From contig NC_068999.1 in NCBI RefSeq assembly GCF_001194135.2, positions 43,352,212-43,416,211 of the forward strand: a DNA stretch of 64,000 nucleotides. Reading direction: 5' to 3'. Positions within the stretch are counted from its first letter, which is position 1. Every line of letters begins with the position of its first letter. The notes beneath the pieces were generated by a model, which saw only the letters and a program-made list of their open reading frames with translations, was not told where the DNA came from and did not search any database. Both the position numbers and the translations under genes were made by a program. Below, in pieces: positions 48,505-61,755 of the stretch. Source of the stretch: Octopus bimaculoides (lineage: Eukaryota).

Positions 48505-48900
48505 AACTGGGGTTGATTGATTGCCTTTCGTCCTGGGAGCGATAAAATAAAATACCAGTTATGTTCTGGGGTTAATTTATTTTAACTAACTCCCTCCCAC
48601 AAATTCCAAGCTTTCTGATTAAAATTAAAACAATTTTATTTTTAAATATATTCATTTAACGCTTTCTTTATAGATAAATAAACACATAAAATAAAGTGAA
48701 CATTATTATTATTAGGGCAGAAGATTGGTAAAAGGATTTGCGTTGGGGAAAATTCCTTACTCTATTTAGTCCCAGTTCCTTGCATTCTGGGTTCAAGTCT
48801 GCAATGGTCAACTTTGTGTTATATCCCTCCAGTTTGATAAAATGAACACCAAGGTCATTGGTATAGATTAATCCCCATCATTCAAAATCGTTAGCCTTGT
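48505..48900 (+). mobile_element. Two degenerate Meta/OK-like SINE copies, sense, 0.6-1 kb downstream of the MBNL exon
   Basis: ttgcctttcgtcctgggagcgataaaataaaataccagtt and ttctgggttcaagtctgcaatggtcaactttg. Confidence 0.6.
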
Positions 48901-49188
48901 GCTTAAAAATTAGATATAATCATTTATTTATTTTATCATCATTATTATTATTATTATTATTATTGTCATCGGCCTCAGCATCAGCATCGTCAGCATCCCT
49001 AATGTTACTTGCACTGTCTTGCTGTATCTACTACTATCCCTGTTATGCAAATGCGTTCTTTGCCCAGACAAATTGGTCATCTGTCAGTTAAAGCTTTACT
49101 CGTCATAGTCAGTCATGCAGAATAGTAATTAAAACTCTACTGCCATCATCATCATCATCTTCATAACCATTTTCATCAATACCGATTT

Positions 49189-49242
<54 letters not shown>

Positions 49243-49978
49243 CTCTCAGACAGTTTTTTGTGTAATGNNNNNNNNNNATATATATATATATATATATATA
49301 TTTACTCTCAGACAGTTTTTTGTGTAATGATTGCTTCCGCCATGTGTAAATGCTGCCCACCACAGTGGATGGATAGTTGGTTGCTATGGGGGCTGAAGAG
49401 AGAGAGAGAGAGAGAGAGTTAAGGAAGAGCCAAGTTTGTGTAGACTTTTCTGATGATGATTGTTGAATATGATACTTAAAGAAAATATAGCCATGAAGGA
49501 CAAAAAAGCTATCACCTAGAAGAGAAAGCAATAAGAAGAGGATCTCTCCAAAACCTTAGAAGTCTTTCTTCAATTATTTTTGATGGATTTCTTCGACTGG
49601 TATTTAGTTACACTTGCATGCAGACAAACATGCTCACACTCACCAACAGTGTGAACAAGAAAGCAAAATAAAAAAAATAAAAACAAACAGTAAATACAGA
49701 AAGTCCAGTTATTTCTGTCATTTGAAGAACAGAAGTGAGAAATGCAGAGTAACAATTTGTGATGAATTTTCAATGTGTGTGTGTGTGTGTGTGTTGTCCG
49801 ACACTTCTACACGTCTGGTACTTCACCACCTGGGAGTTAAACAACATTATAGAGTTGCTATGTGATGCCTTCCATATTCTCTTATCCCCATCCTCCCGTC
49901 TTTCTTGCTTACTATATCTTAAATGGTAAATTGTATAAGAATTAGATGCAGGGTGAAAATGAACAAGTGTTTGTCACA

Positions 49979-50510
49979 TTAACCCTTTAGTGTTTAAACC
50001 GGCCATATCCGGCCCAAATATTCTACATGTTTTATATTTGAACTAGCCACATGTAGCCTCTCACACCAAACCTACATTGACATTCTAAAAATAAATAATC
50101 ACATCATTGAGATTTCAAAGCAATGAGATAATGTATGATTAATTCAAAACAATTTGAGTGAAAAGGCATCACATTTAACAGAGTAATCTGAACATTAAGG
50201 GGTTAAAGGATATTGTGATTGCAGAATGTGGATGAAAGAGAAAAAATGATGGGAATAGCCTCGTCATTCATTCAATAGCCAGTCTAACCCTTTAGCATTT
50301 TAAACTGGCCATGTCTGAGCCAAATATTCTACCATCTGTCAAACCAGACAGATCCAACTTCTCACACCCACCCTACTTGGTCATTCTAAAAATAAATAAT
50401 CAAATCATCGAAATCCCAAAGCTATAAGATGCTGTGTGATTAATTCACACAATGCAAATAAATAAACAAGCATTGTATTTGACAGAGTAATCTTAATACT
50501 AAAAGGTCAA
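49979..50510. mobile_element. Two tandem copies of an approximately 220-bp piggyBac-like MITE
   Basis: TTAA|ccctttag...ttaagggg|TTAA (49979-50206) and CTAA|ccctttag...ctaaaagg|TCAA (50284-50510), with the same internal sequence. Confidence 0.85.
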
Positions 50511-51149
50511 AGGACTTGGAAGCTAAAGGAATAAAAATCAACCAGGGTTTAGTGTAGTCAGTTCCAGATCTATCTTGGTACATGTATCATAATGGACATT
50601 TCTTAGTCCCATTGTTTAAACAGTAGCAAAACCTCAATGTGGAAGCTTTGACAAGCTAGATATACTTACTAAATATTATTTAAATCAAGTCTTAGTATCT
50701 TAGAACAAGAAGGATCATGGCTTAACTCACTCTTGCAGAAAAGCCATTTCCATGGCCTTTTGCAGGATAACGGTGAAGTGTGTTCCAATAATGAAAGTGG
50801 TTATTATTTTACTAAATCCTTCCGAGTTTGGATTTCTTGATAATTTGTCGGGACACTTAGATAATGTACTTCATTAGGAGTTATGAAAGAATGAACTATT
50901 ACCTAACAGATCAGCATCTCAACTTAAGAATAATTTCAGGGTTCCAGGTGTAAATTTAGAATATTACTGTTGAGGAAATTTGTTTGTAAATTGAAAAAAA
51001 TTCTTTATCGGCATCTACAGTTTTTGTAGATTTATCTTCCTTTATATTGATTTTAAGGATGCTAATTAATGTGGAATTGTTAATAGGCAATAGATTGCAT
51101 TGTATACAACACTATGGTAATGGATAGAGGGATACAGAAAAGACTAAGA

Positions 51150-51720
51150 AATATTGATTATAGATCCAGTGTTTTGAATCTGTTTTCTCCAGATGTTAAA
51201 CCAGGTGATTGTTTTCTTCTTTTCTCTATTTCCATCCATCCATCTTCTCTGCCTGCTATTTCTAAGAGGGTGGCGAGGGGGTAGCATCTTCAGGCACCTC
51301 CTCCATACTGTCTCCTCAAAAGCAACCACCATTAGCCTTTCTGACTGGATTTCCGAGTGTGACCGACTGAATTTATGGATATTATTCAACCATCTCATTC
51401 TTGGACTATCCTTTGGTCTTCTGCTGGATGCCTCAACTTAAACAATCTGTCTTGCTAGTCTTTCCTGTGACATTCTAAAGACGTGTCCGTTGTACTGGTG
51501 CTGTGACCTCTTAGCATGGAAAAGTAGTCGCTGGATCAGGAGAGACTCCCTGATCTCCGAACTATGCACCCTGTTGAGCAACATTGCTCCAAGGATCATT
51601 TTGAAGAATCTCATTTCTGTCACTAATATTTGCAACCATACTCTTTCCGTTATTACCCAACATTTATGAATGACTATGGGTGAAGATAGGCACGAAAACT
51701 GAATTGAAGATATTTTCATC
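51150..51720 (-). mobile_element. RTE LINE reverse-transcriptase C-terminal pseudogene fragment
   Basis: CWVITERVWLQILVTEMRFFKMILGAMLLNRVHSSEIRESL...YNGHVFRMSQERLARQI...RRPKDSPRMRW matches the RTE pattern ESW..TE....Q..EMRFLR.I.G.T..DRVRS.EIR...W.GHV.RM..ER. Confidence 0.85.
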
Positions 51721-53924
51721 TCTTTTAGAGTTATCTTTCTTTCCTCCAGTTTTTATAAACGAGAATCACACGTGTTGTGTACAGCGCAGTTTCTGTACAT
51801 GTGCAAGAGAGAGAGGGAGAGAAAGCAATGAAAAAGAAAGAGACAGGAGATAGAAGAAATACATCTATATTGCTAGGTAGAAGTTCTCAAAAGCATATCC
51901 ATAGAACAAACACCAGAATAAATTACTATGAGAATTCTTAGTTGAGTTTATTTATGTTGTCAGTCTTTCAGCTTTCCAACTCAGTTGTCAAGCTTTTCAA
52001 GCATATCATCTCATACTGATTGGAATGGTGCATTTTTATCTACAGACTAAAAGTAAATTGATTCCTGCTGATAGTTCTTCAAATGGAGTTTATCTATGAA
52101 GGTTTATTTATATNNNNNNNNNNNNNNNNNNNNNNNNNNNNNNNNNNNNNNNNNNNNNNNNNNNNNNNNNNNNNNNNNNNNNNNNNNNNNNNNNNNNNNN
52201 NNTATATACATATGTCTGGTTATGCTGGTTCTTGCGATTCTTCTTTTACCATTTGTTAATTCTGTATTTATGTTTCTATAGATTTTACACACAAATACAC
52301 ACACACATTAATTATATCATATTCTCTGTGTGTATATGTGTGTTGGGAGGTTTGTTTTGTTTTGTTTTTTTTGCATCTGGAACAGTAGTTATGCAATTAT
52401 AAGATTGAAATTCTTCTGAAAGTTGTGTAGTTTGAAAATAATTAGCCTCAAGGAAGAGTATATCTATCCTCTATTACATTTTTTTAAACGTACTCACACT
52501 TGACGAAGAATGAAAATCAATTTAATGTTCGCTTAGGTTTTATTTCTATCTAAACTAAAATAAGGCCATTTTATTCTTTTTCTACTTCTTCATCTTCCAT
52601 TTTTTCCATAACTAATTCTTTTTTTTCTTGTAATTTCGAATCTTTTTTTTTTTTTAGTTCTCATTTTGTTTATTTCTGTGAAATCTTCGTGAAAATAGCC
52701 AAAGTGCTCCAATTGAGTTAGCCACTATAAATAACACATATCTTTCTTCTTCCTTTCTTTTTATGTTTTTAAATGAGCTTTTTGCCATAAAAATATGTTT
52801 TCATTCTAATTATGTGTTTCCTGTTATATTTAAGTTGAAAATAGCTGGTGCTAGATTTGATAAAAAAAATAATAATAATTCTAGGATGGTTGTTGGTTTT
52901 ATTGTTGTTTGTTAGTATTATTTTTCTTTACCTTTTTCTGTCTTTTTTAAAACTTTTTCATTCATTAGTATTTAGGGTTAGTGTGTAGTGGTAGGGCTAG
53001 TATATTCAAGTTTGTATCTTTTTATTTTTTTGTTTCCTTTCTGTGTTTGGGTATATAAATATTATTAATTAGGCCTGGAGGAAAACAAAATATATATTTC
53101 TTAACTGCTAGAAGTATGGATGAATTACCTTTTTTATGTATACTACTGCTACTGTTGAGGAAGTCTCTAATGTGGTCATTCAACCTGATAGAAATAGCAG
53201 CTTGATCTCCATCAAATTTCAACGTAGCACCTGAAAAAAAAGTTGTTTTAGATATTTCATTTTGGACACAATATTTGAATAAGATGGGATGGTCATGTCT
53301 GGACTTTCTCTGATCATAGATTTGTTTGCTCAGTCTATATTGACTTGGGACTAAACAACAACAACAATTATACATGATTGAAAATATATGAACAGTATTA
53401 GACTTTTTGTGTTCTTGATGACAGTAAGATGGATTCTAGCCAGAAGAATGAAAGCCAAAATGGTAAATAGTCTTAACAGCTCCGATTGTAAGACAAGACA
53501 TCTGTTCTTTGTGTCTGGAGAGAAAACAATATGTCCTCTGTGTATTTCTGTCTTTGATATTCTCACCATTTGCTTATTTGGTCTATTTTTATGAAATTGT
53601 AGTCTTTTGTGTTTCTTATCCTTACTCTGGTTTGTTGATTTTCAATAAAAATTTAGATGTTAATTGTAAAAACAGGGGAGAAAAATAAAAAAATCAATTT
53701 CCTATAGACAAAAGAATTTGTGATAGTGAGATGTGTGTGTGTGTGTGTATGCAGGAGTACCGTATGTACAAACAGTCTTTGTGGTCTTCTTTTGTGCTGG
53801 TTAGATATGGGTATGGACAATAAGAAATACAATCCTTTGAACTTAGAAACATCATACTAAGCTAGTTAGGGAACCACTGTGTTGTCACTCAGCTGATTAG
53901 AAATAACTTTTTATTCCTCCTGTG

Positions 53925-54300
53925 TGGGTGACAAAATAGAGTTACCAGTTAAGTACTGGCATCAGTAAAATCAAGTAATGCTTAGCAGTGTTTTGTCTGT
54001 CTTTATGTTCTGAGTTCAAATTTTGCTGAGGTTGATTGTGGCCTTCAATCCATTCAGGGTCAATAAACAGTGGGGTTGATGTAATCGATTTAACCCCTCC
54101 CCTGAAATTGCTGGCCTTGTGCCAAAATTTGAAGTCTGTATTAATTTGGTGGATTGGCAGAATTGTTAGAGCACTGGGAAAAAATATTGTACAGCTTCAC
54201 GTTGTGGTACTTTAGATTCAGAGTTCAAATCTTGTAGAGGTCAGATTTACTTCTGATATTTGTGTGGTGGATTAGATTATCACCAGATTACACTGATTCC
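53925..54300 (+). mobile_element. Cluster of Meta/OK-like SINE copies
   Basis: gttctgagttcaaattttgctgaggttgattgtggcc, ggattggcagaattgttagagc, gagttcaaatcttgtagaggtcag. Confidence 0.7.
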
Positions 54301-54567
54301 TTCTTCCAGAATAGATATTATGAAGACTATATCTACAACCCTGGATGAGTTATATTCAATATATTCTTTACCAAAAGTGAACTGAGATGCTTATACTCTC
54401 AACTGGCAGTGGTTGAAGTTGACGACTCTCTCTCTCTCTCTTTTTCTCTCTTTCTCTCTCTCACACACACACTACCAGTATTGTGCCTATGGTAAAAATT
54501 TTTATAGCTGTTTAGAATTTATTAATCAGCCTTTAATACATACAACTGCACACACTCACACAAACAC

Positions 54568-54610
<43 letters not shown>

Positions 54611-55860
54611 AATGAGGAAGTTTATTCACAGCTACACAAACTGCAAGACATAGCAGCTTACACTCCCTCAAATCCCAGCCTGCTATCTCACATATTGTAC
54701 ACATTGGACAACATAATCTCTTACACACAATTTAGGATTTGATGATCATGGCTGGAATGCCATTGATCAGAGGTCTGCTAAATTAATGCTGATCTGGGTG
54801 TAGAGAACAGACAACAACAACAATCACATCACATTCTCACAGACATACAACCAATCTGTTGTTAGATTCTATACACGACACAAATATTGGAGATGACAAG
54901 ATCCAACAACAAACTACTTCACACCTAGTTTGGTATCAAAGGACGAACGGACATATTTGTTGGATGAATGGATCGTGCAATGTGGAGTGTAATGGTGATG
55001 ATGGTAGAGGTGAAGGAGAATAATAATAATAATTATTATTTTACAAAAAAGGGAGCTAATTCTTGTTTGTGCAACCAATGACCAACGTGCATTCTAATCT
55101 TTTGTTAAGGCTTTGCTGCACACCTCTTGTTTGCAACGCTTGTGTATAATACAGCACCATTTGTTAAATAACCTGCCTGGAATTTATTATTATTAATTAT
55201 TACCATCCTTATTTATTATTATTATTATTATTATTTACACTTATTGGTATCAATTTTATCTTCAACGAAATCATAATTGCATTCATTTCTGTATTTGTAT
55301 AGTTTGGACTAGTTAACGAGATTAGACATTTCATACTGATACACATGTACATATGAATAATATATGTGTAATATAGTCAGTTAATTAGACATGTAGAAAT
55401 TAGGCGTAAATAGAGAATGAATACATACATAGAACAATCTATATTTATTGTACCACCTATCTATGTCTTTTTTTTTTTTTGTCTGTGTGCTTCTGGCTTG
55501 CATAACTAATATTACAGAACCTTTTGTAGTATATGTATGTATGCTTGCTACCCCTCTGTCACTCCAAATTGCTGCTGCGTCTCATAGCATTCCCCTATAT
55601 TATAGGAATCCTGTATGTGTCTACGCATATGTACATATATATTACGTGTGTGTGTGTGTAATATATATGTGTGTGTGTGTGTGTGTCCATATGCACACAC
55701 TGCCATATATGTATATCCACATATGTATATTATACGCAATGACATGTGGTTTTATATATATATATATATTTATATGCACCCTGAAATTTTGCAAACTTTA
55801 ATCTGTGTTTGCTCACACTCTCCGTAACGTTAGTTCAAATATCCTTCATTCTGTTACCAT

Positions 55861-56890
55861 AATTATTATTATTATTATTATTATTATAAAGTAGGTGGTG
55901 AGCTGGCAGAATTGTTAAGACACTGGGTGAAATGCTTAACACTAGTTCGCCCGTCACTACGTTCTGAGTTCAAATTCCGCCAAGGTTGACTTTGCCTTTC
56001 ATCCTTTCACGGTCGATAAAAACAAGTACCAGTTAAATGCTGAAGTTGATGTAATTGACTCATCCCCACCTCTCCCCAAATCCCCGTGTGGCAAAAAATT
56101 GAAATAATTATTATTATTACTATTATTATTGTTATTATTATTATCATCATCCTCATCATCAAGGTGACGAGCATGCTGAATGAAATGCTGAAAAGCATTT
56201 CATCCATCTTTGCGTTCTGAGTTCAAATTCCACCAAGGTCGACTTTGTCTTTCATCTTTCCAAGGTTGATAAAATAAGTACTGGGTTTTATATATTCGAC
56301 AAGCTCCACCCTCCACTGAAAAAAAAAAAAAGAAAAAAAGAAAAAAAACTCCACGCCTTGTGCCTGTACTACAAAGAATTATTATTATTATTATTGGCTT
56401 GCAGCATTTCTTCTGACTCTTTACGTTCTGAGTTCAAATTCTGCCATGGTCATCTTTGCATTTCATGCTTTTGGGATCAATGAAGTTATGTAACAGTCAA
56501 GTATTTGGGTCAGTGATATCGATTATCCCAAATTTATGGATGTGTGCCATTATTATTATTATTATTATTCACAAGGCTGCGAGATGGCAGAATCGTTAGC
56601 ACACCGGGTGGAATGCTTCGCAGTGTTTCGTCTACCATTATGCTCTGAGTTCATATGCTGCCAGGGTCGACTTTGCCTGTCATCCTTTCAGGGTCGATAA
56701 ATTAAGTACCAGATACCGGTACTTAATTTTGCTAGGGCCAATGTAATCGACTGGCCCCGCTCCCGCCAAGGTCAGTCGGCTTTGCCTTTCATCCTTCCAA
56801 CTTTGGGGGCAATGTAATTTGACAAGCCCCACCCCCTAAATTTCAGGCCTTGTGCCTTAAGTAGAAAGGATTATTATTATTATCATCATT
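55861..56890 (+). mobile_element. Head-to-tail array of about five Meta/OK-like SINEs, each separated by (ATT)n
   Basis: Copies start near 55894, 56160, 56396, 56573 and 56762, each with an ttctgagttca..../ttgcctttcatcc core. Confidence 0.85.
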
Positions 56891-58119
56891 GCAGTGAAGA
56901 TGATTGTTGCCATAGCAATATTTTTAATAGTAGAGAGAGACCATATATCTGATAGTATTCTCTCTCTCTCTTTCTCTTTCCTTCTCTCTCCCCCTAATCA
57001 AAACTTGCCATTGCCCAAGTTCTGTTTTTGTATGTAGGTTTGGGAGGCAATAAAGTATGTACCAGACATGTTTTTAAATCGAAGCAAATCTGTATTTTTT
57101 TTTTTGTTTTTTCAATTTTGTATTTTCAATTTCCTTATTTTGGAACAAAAAAATATTCAGGAAATGAAAGAACAAAGTCTAAAACAAGGAAAGACAAAAA
57201 TCGTCCTGGAACATTTATTGTATGTTTGTATCTATGCATTTGTGTGTATGTATGTATGTGTGTATGTATGTATGTATGTATGTATGTGTGTGCACATATG
57301 TAGATATATATATATATATATATATGTCTAAATACATTCATATATATATGTATACATGTATGTATGTATGTGTGTGCATATATATATGTATATATGTCTA
57401 AATACATTCATATATATATGTATACATGTGTGTTTGTATGTGTGTGTGTATATATATGTGAGGGTATATATAATATAGTGTAATATATTATATTTATATA
57501 TGTATATGTGGGTGTATATATGTGCATGTATGTATATATGTTTGTTTGTATATGTGTCAGTGTATGGATTTATATATATGTGTAGATGTCTTTGGGTGTA
57601 TATGTATATACATGCATGTTTTGGTCCTTCACTCTCATTCGCGCTGATATTAAAGTGTCTCTTGGCAGCTATTTTAAGGACACCATTACTTATGTGATAA
57701 CCACACCCCATCATGACCCACATGCAAAAATAGATGCAGACTCTCAAACGAGAGTAAATTACTCATCAGAAAAATAAAAGGAACTAATAATAGTTCAGTT
57801 AAAACATTCCCAGCTGTGTAGCACCCATTCTCAAACACAATAATTACATTAGTGTTGGGGGAGGGGGGAGAAAAAAAAACATTTTCAGAACTGCATGTGG
57901 TCTCTCATTAACAACCAAGGGACTTCTGAAGAAGTCTCACTGTTGAAAAAAAATTAGAAGTCTTGGTTTTCTCTGTGAAAAAATATAAGGCTATTTTTTT
58001 TCATCCACCAGTTCACTGGCCAAAGAACACAACATTGGTCACAAATGTACCAAAGATTTGGCAGAGATTCTCTGGTAGCAATACCACACTCTGTCTTTAG
58101 TGATCCTGATGTATTTGAT

Positions 58120-58890
58120 TTTGGTAGAATCGATGAAGTAAATCCTTAACATATCATCCCTGATATCGCTTTCAGCCCTGCAGACACGATAGCATTAATT
58201 AATAAAATTAAGCTCCATTCTGTAGTGGGCCCTGACAGGTTCTGTTCTCATACCCTGCAGTGAAGACATCAACTTGCATCTTATCGAGATAATCTCTGGA
58301 GGAATTCATTAGACTTTGGTTTTATTCCTGAATGTCCTTTGACCCATTCTTTTTTTTACAACAACAACAATAACAAAAAAGAAAGAAGGTACATGAATTA
58401 CCATGTGATCTCATTAACTTCCCATATCATTGTTTCCGAGAAGGTGATGAGATCAAAAACAACTGCCTTGCCAGAAGACAAAAAATCATCTACCTCCCGA
58501 TGACTAGTTTTCATAGCGTCAGAGATAACATAACACATTCTTGCACCACTTTTTTGAGATTTTAAGTGTTCTGGATGAGAGTCAAGCACAGATGTCATTT
58601 ATTTTGATTCAAGTAAAGCTTTTGGCAGAGTCAACCCCAACATGCTGCTGAAGAAATTATCCAATACTGGAGTCTGAGGAAAGGTACTGCATTGGATTGC
58701 TTCCTGATAAACAGGATCCAACCTATTACGACTGTCAGAATTTACTCAAGACATGCTAAAGTCATTTGTGGCATACCCCAGGATTCTGTGTTGGACCTGT
58801 GTCTGTTCATTGTTTACAGAAATGAAATTGCTAATGTCATAAAACATTGTAAAATATAAATTCTTGAAGATGATCAGACAGAACTTTAAT
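58120..58890 (+). pseudogene. CR1/Jockey-group LINE reverse-transcriptase remnant (frameshifted)
   Basis: Recognisable RT motifs: SVVGPDRF, NYHVISLTSHII.SEKVMR, TDVIYFDSSKAFGRV, MLLKKL, GIPQDSVLDLCLFIVY, LEDD. Confidence 0.85.
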
Positions 58891-60230
58891 CCAATTTAAA
58901 TACTGAGATTTGTTGAGAGTGGGGGAAGAGAAAGAAACATCTTGAAAATAATCAAAGAAGGAACAGACCATGTAACATTCCAACAATACCAGAACTAATT
59001 CCTCCGTGATATACAAGACAAGCTTCCAACACAAGTAGGCTATTGTGACCTAAACCATGTTTTAAGACTGTTCTAGGTACCGTTAAGGTAGACATGACCA
59101 GGACTAAATGACCAAAATCTAAGTTGTGTGCGTGTATACAACCACATACACACAGGTTGTATGTGTGTTTGTTGAAAGTTATTGAGCTCGCTATATATGT
59201 GTGCGTGTAGTTTGGGCTGAAAGAGTTGATTGCATAAAACATTGGCTTTGTGGATGGAGAGAGACGAACAAATATTTACTGTTATATTTTAGCTGTAGGC
59301 GTACTGGTTGCCCGTTCTTGCAGCTTATATTACATGACTTCAATTAAGATTTTCTTTTTATGACATATATTTGCATGCTTACACATACCTATGTCTATTC
59401 ACACATACATGTATATATGTATATATATATATATATATTTACACACATACATACTTATGCATAGATATATTGATCTGTGTGTGTTTGTGTATATATATAT
59501 GTATATATACTACAGAATGGGATTATANNNNNNNNNNNNNNNNNNNNNNNNNNNNNNNNNNNNNNNNNNNNNNNNNNNNNNNNNNNNNNNNNNNNNNNNN
59601 NNNNNNNNNNNNNNNNNNNNNNNNNNNNNNNNNNNNNNNNNNNNNNNNNNNNNNNNNNNNNNNNNNNNNNNNNNNNNNNNNNNNNNNNNNNNNNNNNNNN
59701 NNNNNNNNNNNNNNNNNNNNNNNNNNNNNNNNNNNNNNNNNNNNNNNNNNNNNNNNNNNNNNNNNNNNNNNNNNNNNNNNNNNNNNNNNNNNNNNNNNNN
59801 NNNNNNNNNNNNNNNNNNNNNNNNNNNNNNNNNNNNNNNNNNNNNNNNNNNNNNNNNNNNNNNNNNNNNNNNNNNNNNNNNNNNNNNNNNNNNNNNNNNN
59901 NNNNNNNNNNNNNNNNNNNNNNNNNNNNNNNNNNNNNNNNNNNNNNNNNNNNNNNNNNNNNNNNNNNNNNNNNNNNNNNNNNNNNNNNNNNNNNNNNNNN
60001 NNNNNNNNNNNNNNNNNNNNNNNNNNNNNNNNNNNNNNNNNNNNNNNNNNNNNNNNNNNNNNNNNNNNNNNNNNNNNNNNNNNNNNNNNNNNNNNNNNNN
60101 NNNNNNNNNNNNNNNNNNNNNNNNNNNNNNNNNNNNNNNNNNNNNNNNNNNNNNNNNNNNNTCATACAGAACTCTTGTACAGTGCTTGATATATATATAT
60201 AGATATATTATATATATATAGATATATTAT

Positions 60231-61002
60231 ATAACAAAGATTTCTCTAACTGGCTTTCATTGCGAAGCAAATTTTCAAGAAGAGGGAAAATGAAAATGTT
60301 TTTTACAAAAAAGTACAAAATGAAGAAAATAATATATAAAAAAAAAATAATGTATAAAAAAATAAATATATCAATACATTATATTGTCTTTGAGCTTTTG
60401 AAGTTCAATGGTAATTCATGTATATAATGGTTGGAAAAATAAGGATGCATGAGAATTGAGAATTGTGTTAGGTTTAAAAAAAGGGTTAAAAGTTTGTGTT
60501 AAGCAGGAAGTGTGGTGTCAAAACAGGAAGTGTGTGTAAGGGATGGGAACAGGCATAAACTTCCTGTTGAAAAAAAGAAGAGTTCATAACTCCAACTTAA
60601 AACATTTGTCTCCCCTTACACACACTTCCTGTTTTGACACCACACTTCCTGCTTAACACAAACTTTTAACACTTTTTTTAAACCTAACACAATTCTCAAT
60701 TCTCATGCATCCTTATTTTTCCAACCATTATCGATATGGATTACCATTGAACTTTAAAAGCTCAAAGACAATATAATGTATTGGTATATTTATTTTTTTA
60801 TATATTATTTTCTTCATTTTGTACTTTTTTGTAAAAAACATTTTCATTTTCCCTCTTCTTGAAAATTTGCTTCGCAATGAAAGCCGGTTAGAGAAATCTT
60901 TATTAAAATATGCTTCCAGTTTAGCATTCTGCCTTATTATTATTTTTCATTTTCCTATTATTTCTCCACGTGCAGTTAACACAACCCGACTATTTGCTGA
61001 CA
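60231..61002. mobile_element. Foldback element, copy 2
   Basis: About 60236-60542 pairs with about 60612-60902. Same family as 30204-31090, including the gttaacacaacc.cactattt.ctgac right end. Confidence 0.92.
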
Positions 61003-61059
61003 TATATATAGCTTTCTGTGTGTGTGTGTTTGTAGAGATTATAAGGTAGTGTTTTATCT

Positions 61060-61720
61060 TAAATAGAGAAAAGTATAAGTTCCCCAGAGTGAGTTTGCAG
61101 TTGACTAGCTTTTGTAGCATCTTGATAATGGTACAAGAACTGTCAATCTCTTGTCGCTTCAATCTCTTGTTCCTTACTGGCAGGGATCTCACTCAAAAAT
61201 ATACAAGGAAGTCTTTCTCGTTTGCTAGCTCTGAAGTGGCTTGATTTCTTTTTAATATATTAATGGTTTAGTGAGCAGAGGATAAGCAGTACTTCAAGAC
61301 TGGTGGCTGGAAATAAGGGACGAAAACCACAGTTCACTAGATATCTTTTTACTAGAAACCTGAGCCAATAGCTTGCAAATGAATAAACTCTACTAAAGGC
61401 AAGCTAAAAAGGTGATGTAGTGGTGGTTAAATCTTCAAACATCCAATGTGCAATTGATTCAGTGTGTACTCTGGACAACTTGTTTTGTTCACTTCATTTT
61501 TTACGTCTATAAATTTAACAGCAGATAGATACTGTGTCATTTCTTATCACAAGTACACCATTCTCTCATCTTCTTCAGTGAAATAATATACAAAGTTCCA
61601 GGATCAATTAAGATAATGTCAACTTGTGTTGTCATGTATGATGTTCTTGCAAATAACTTTTCAGATTGGAAGACAACAAAGAGTTGAGAGTCATATAGTC
61701 ATAGTCTTAACATATTTTGT
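61060..61720 (-). mobile_element. Decayed CR1/L2-like LINE 3' fragment
   Basis: Minus-strand remnants ..PVLKYCLSSAH.. and VRSLPVRNKRLKRQ resemble RP.LEYCS..W.P and L.YEERLK.L. Confidence 0.45.
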
Positions 61721-61755
61721 AGTGTACAAATTGATGTAGTATATAGTTTAAACGT

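Larger units (their letters stand above)
6074..60161. other. About 16 assembly gaps (N runs), nearly all flanked by (TA)n or (CT)n microsatellites
   Basis: Gaps at about 6074-6477, 7990-8174, 16079-16176, 18545-19468, 21990-22695, 23427-23766, 25457-25556, 27191-27533, 28280-28654, 38859-38868, 39610-39898, 41904-42715, 46457-46466, 49268-49277, 52114-52202 and 59528-60161. These could hide small exons. Confidence 0.97.

Noticed and set aside
49240-49329. Direct repeat tttactctcagacagttttttgtgtaatg on both sides of a 10-N gap
   Set aside because: This is the typical unmerged contig overlap at a microsatellite, so probably an assembly artefact. The duplication at about 16020-16077 and 16308-16365 is similarly suspect.
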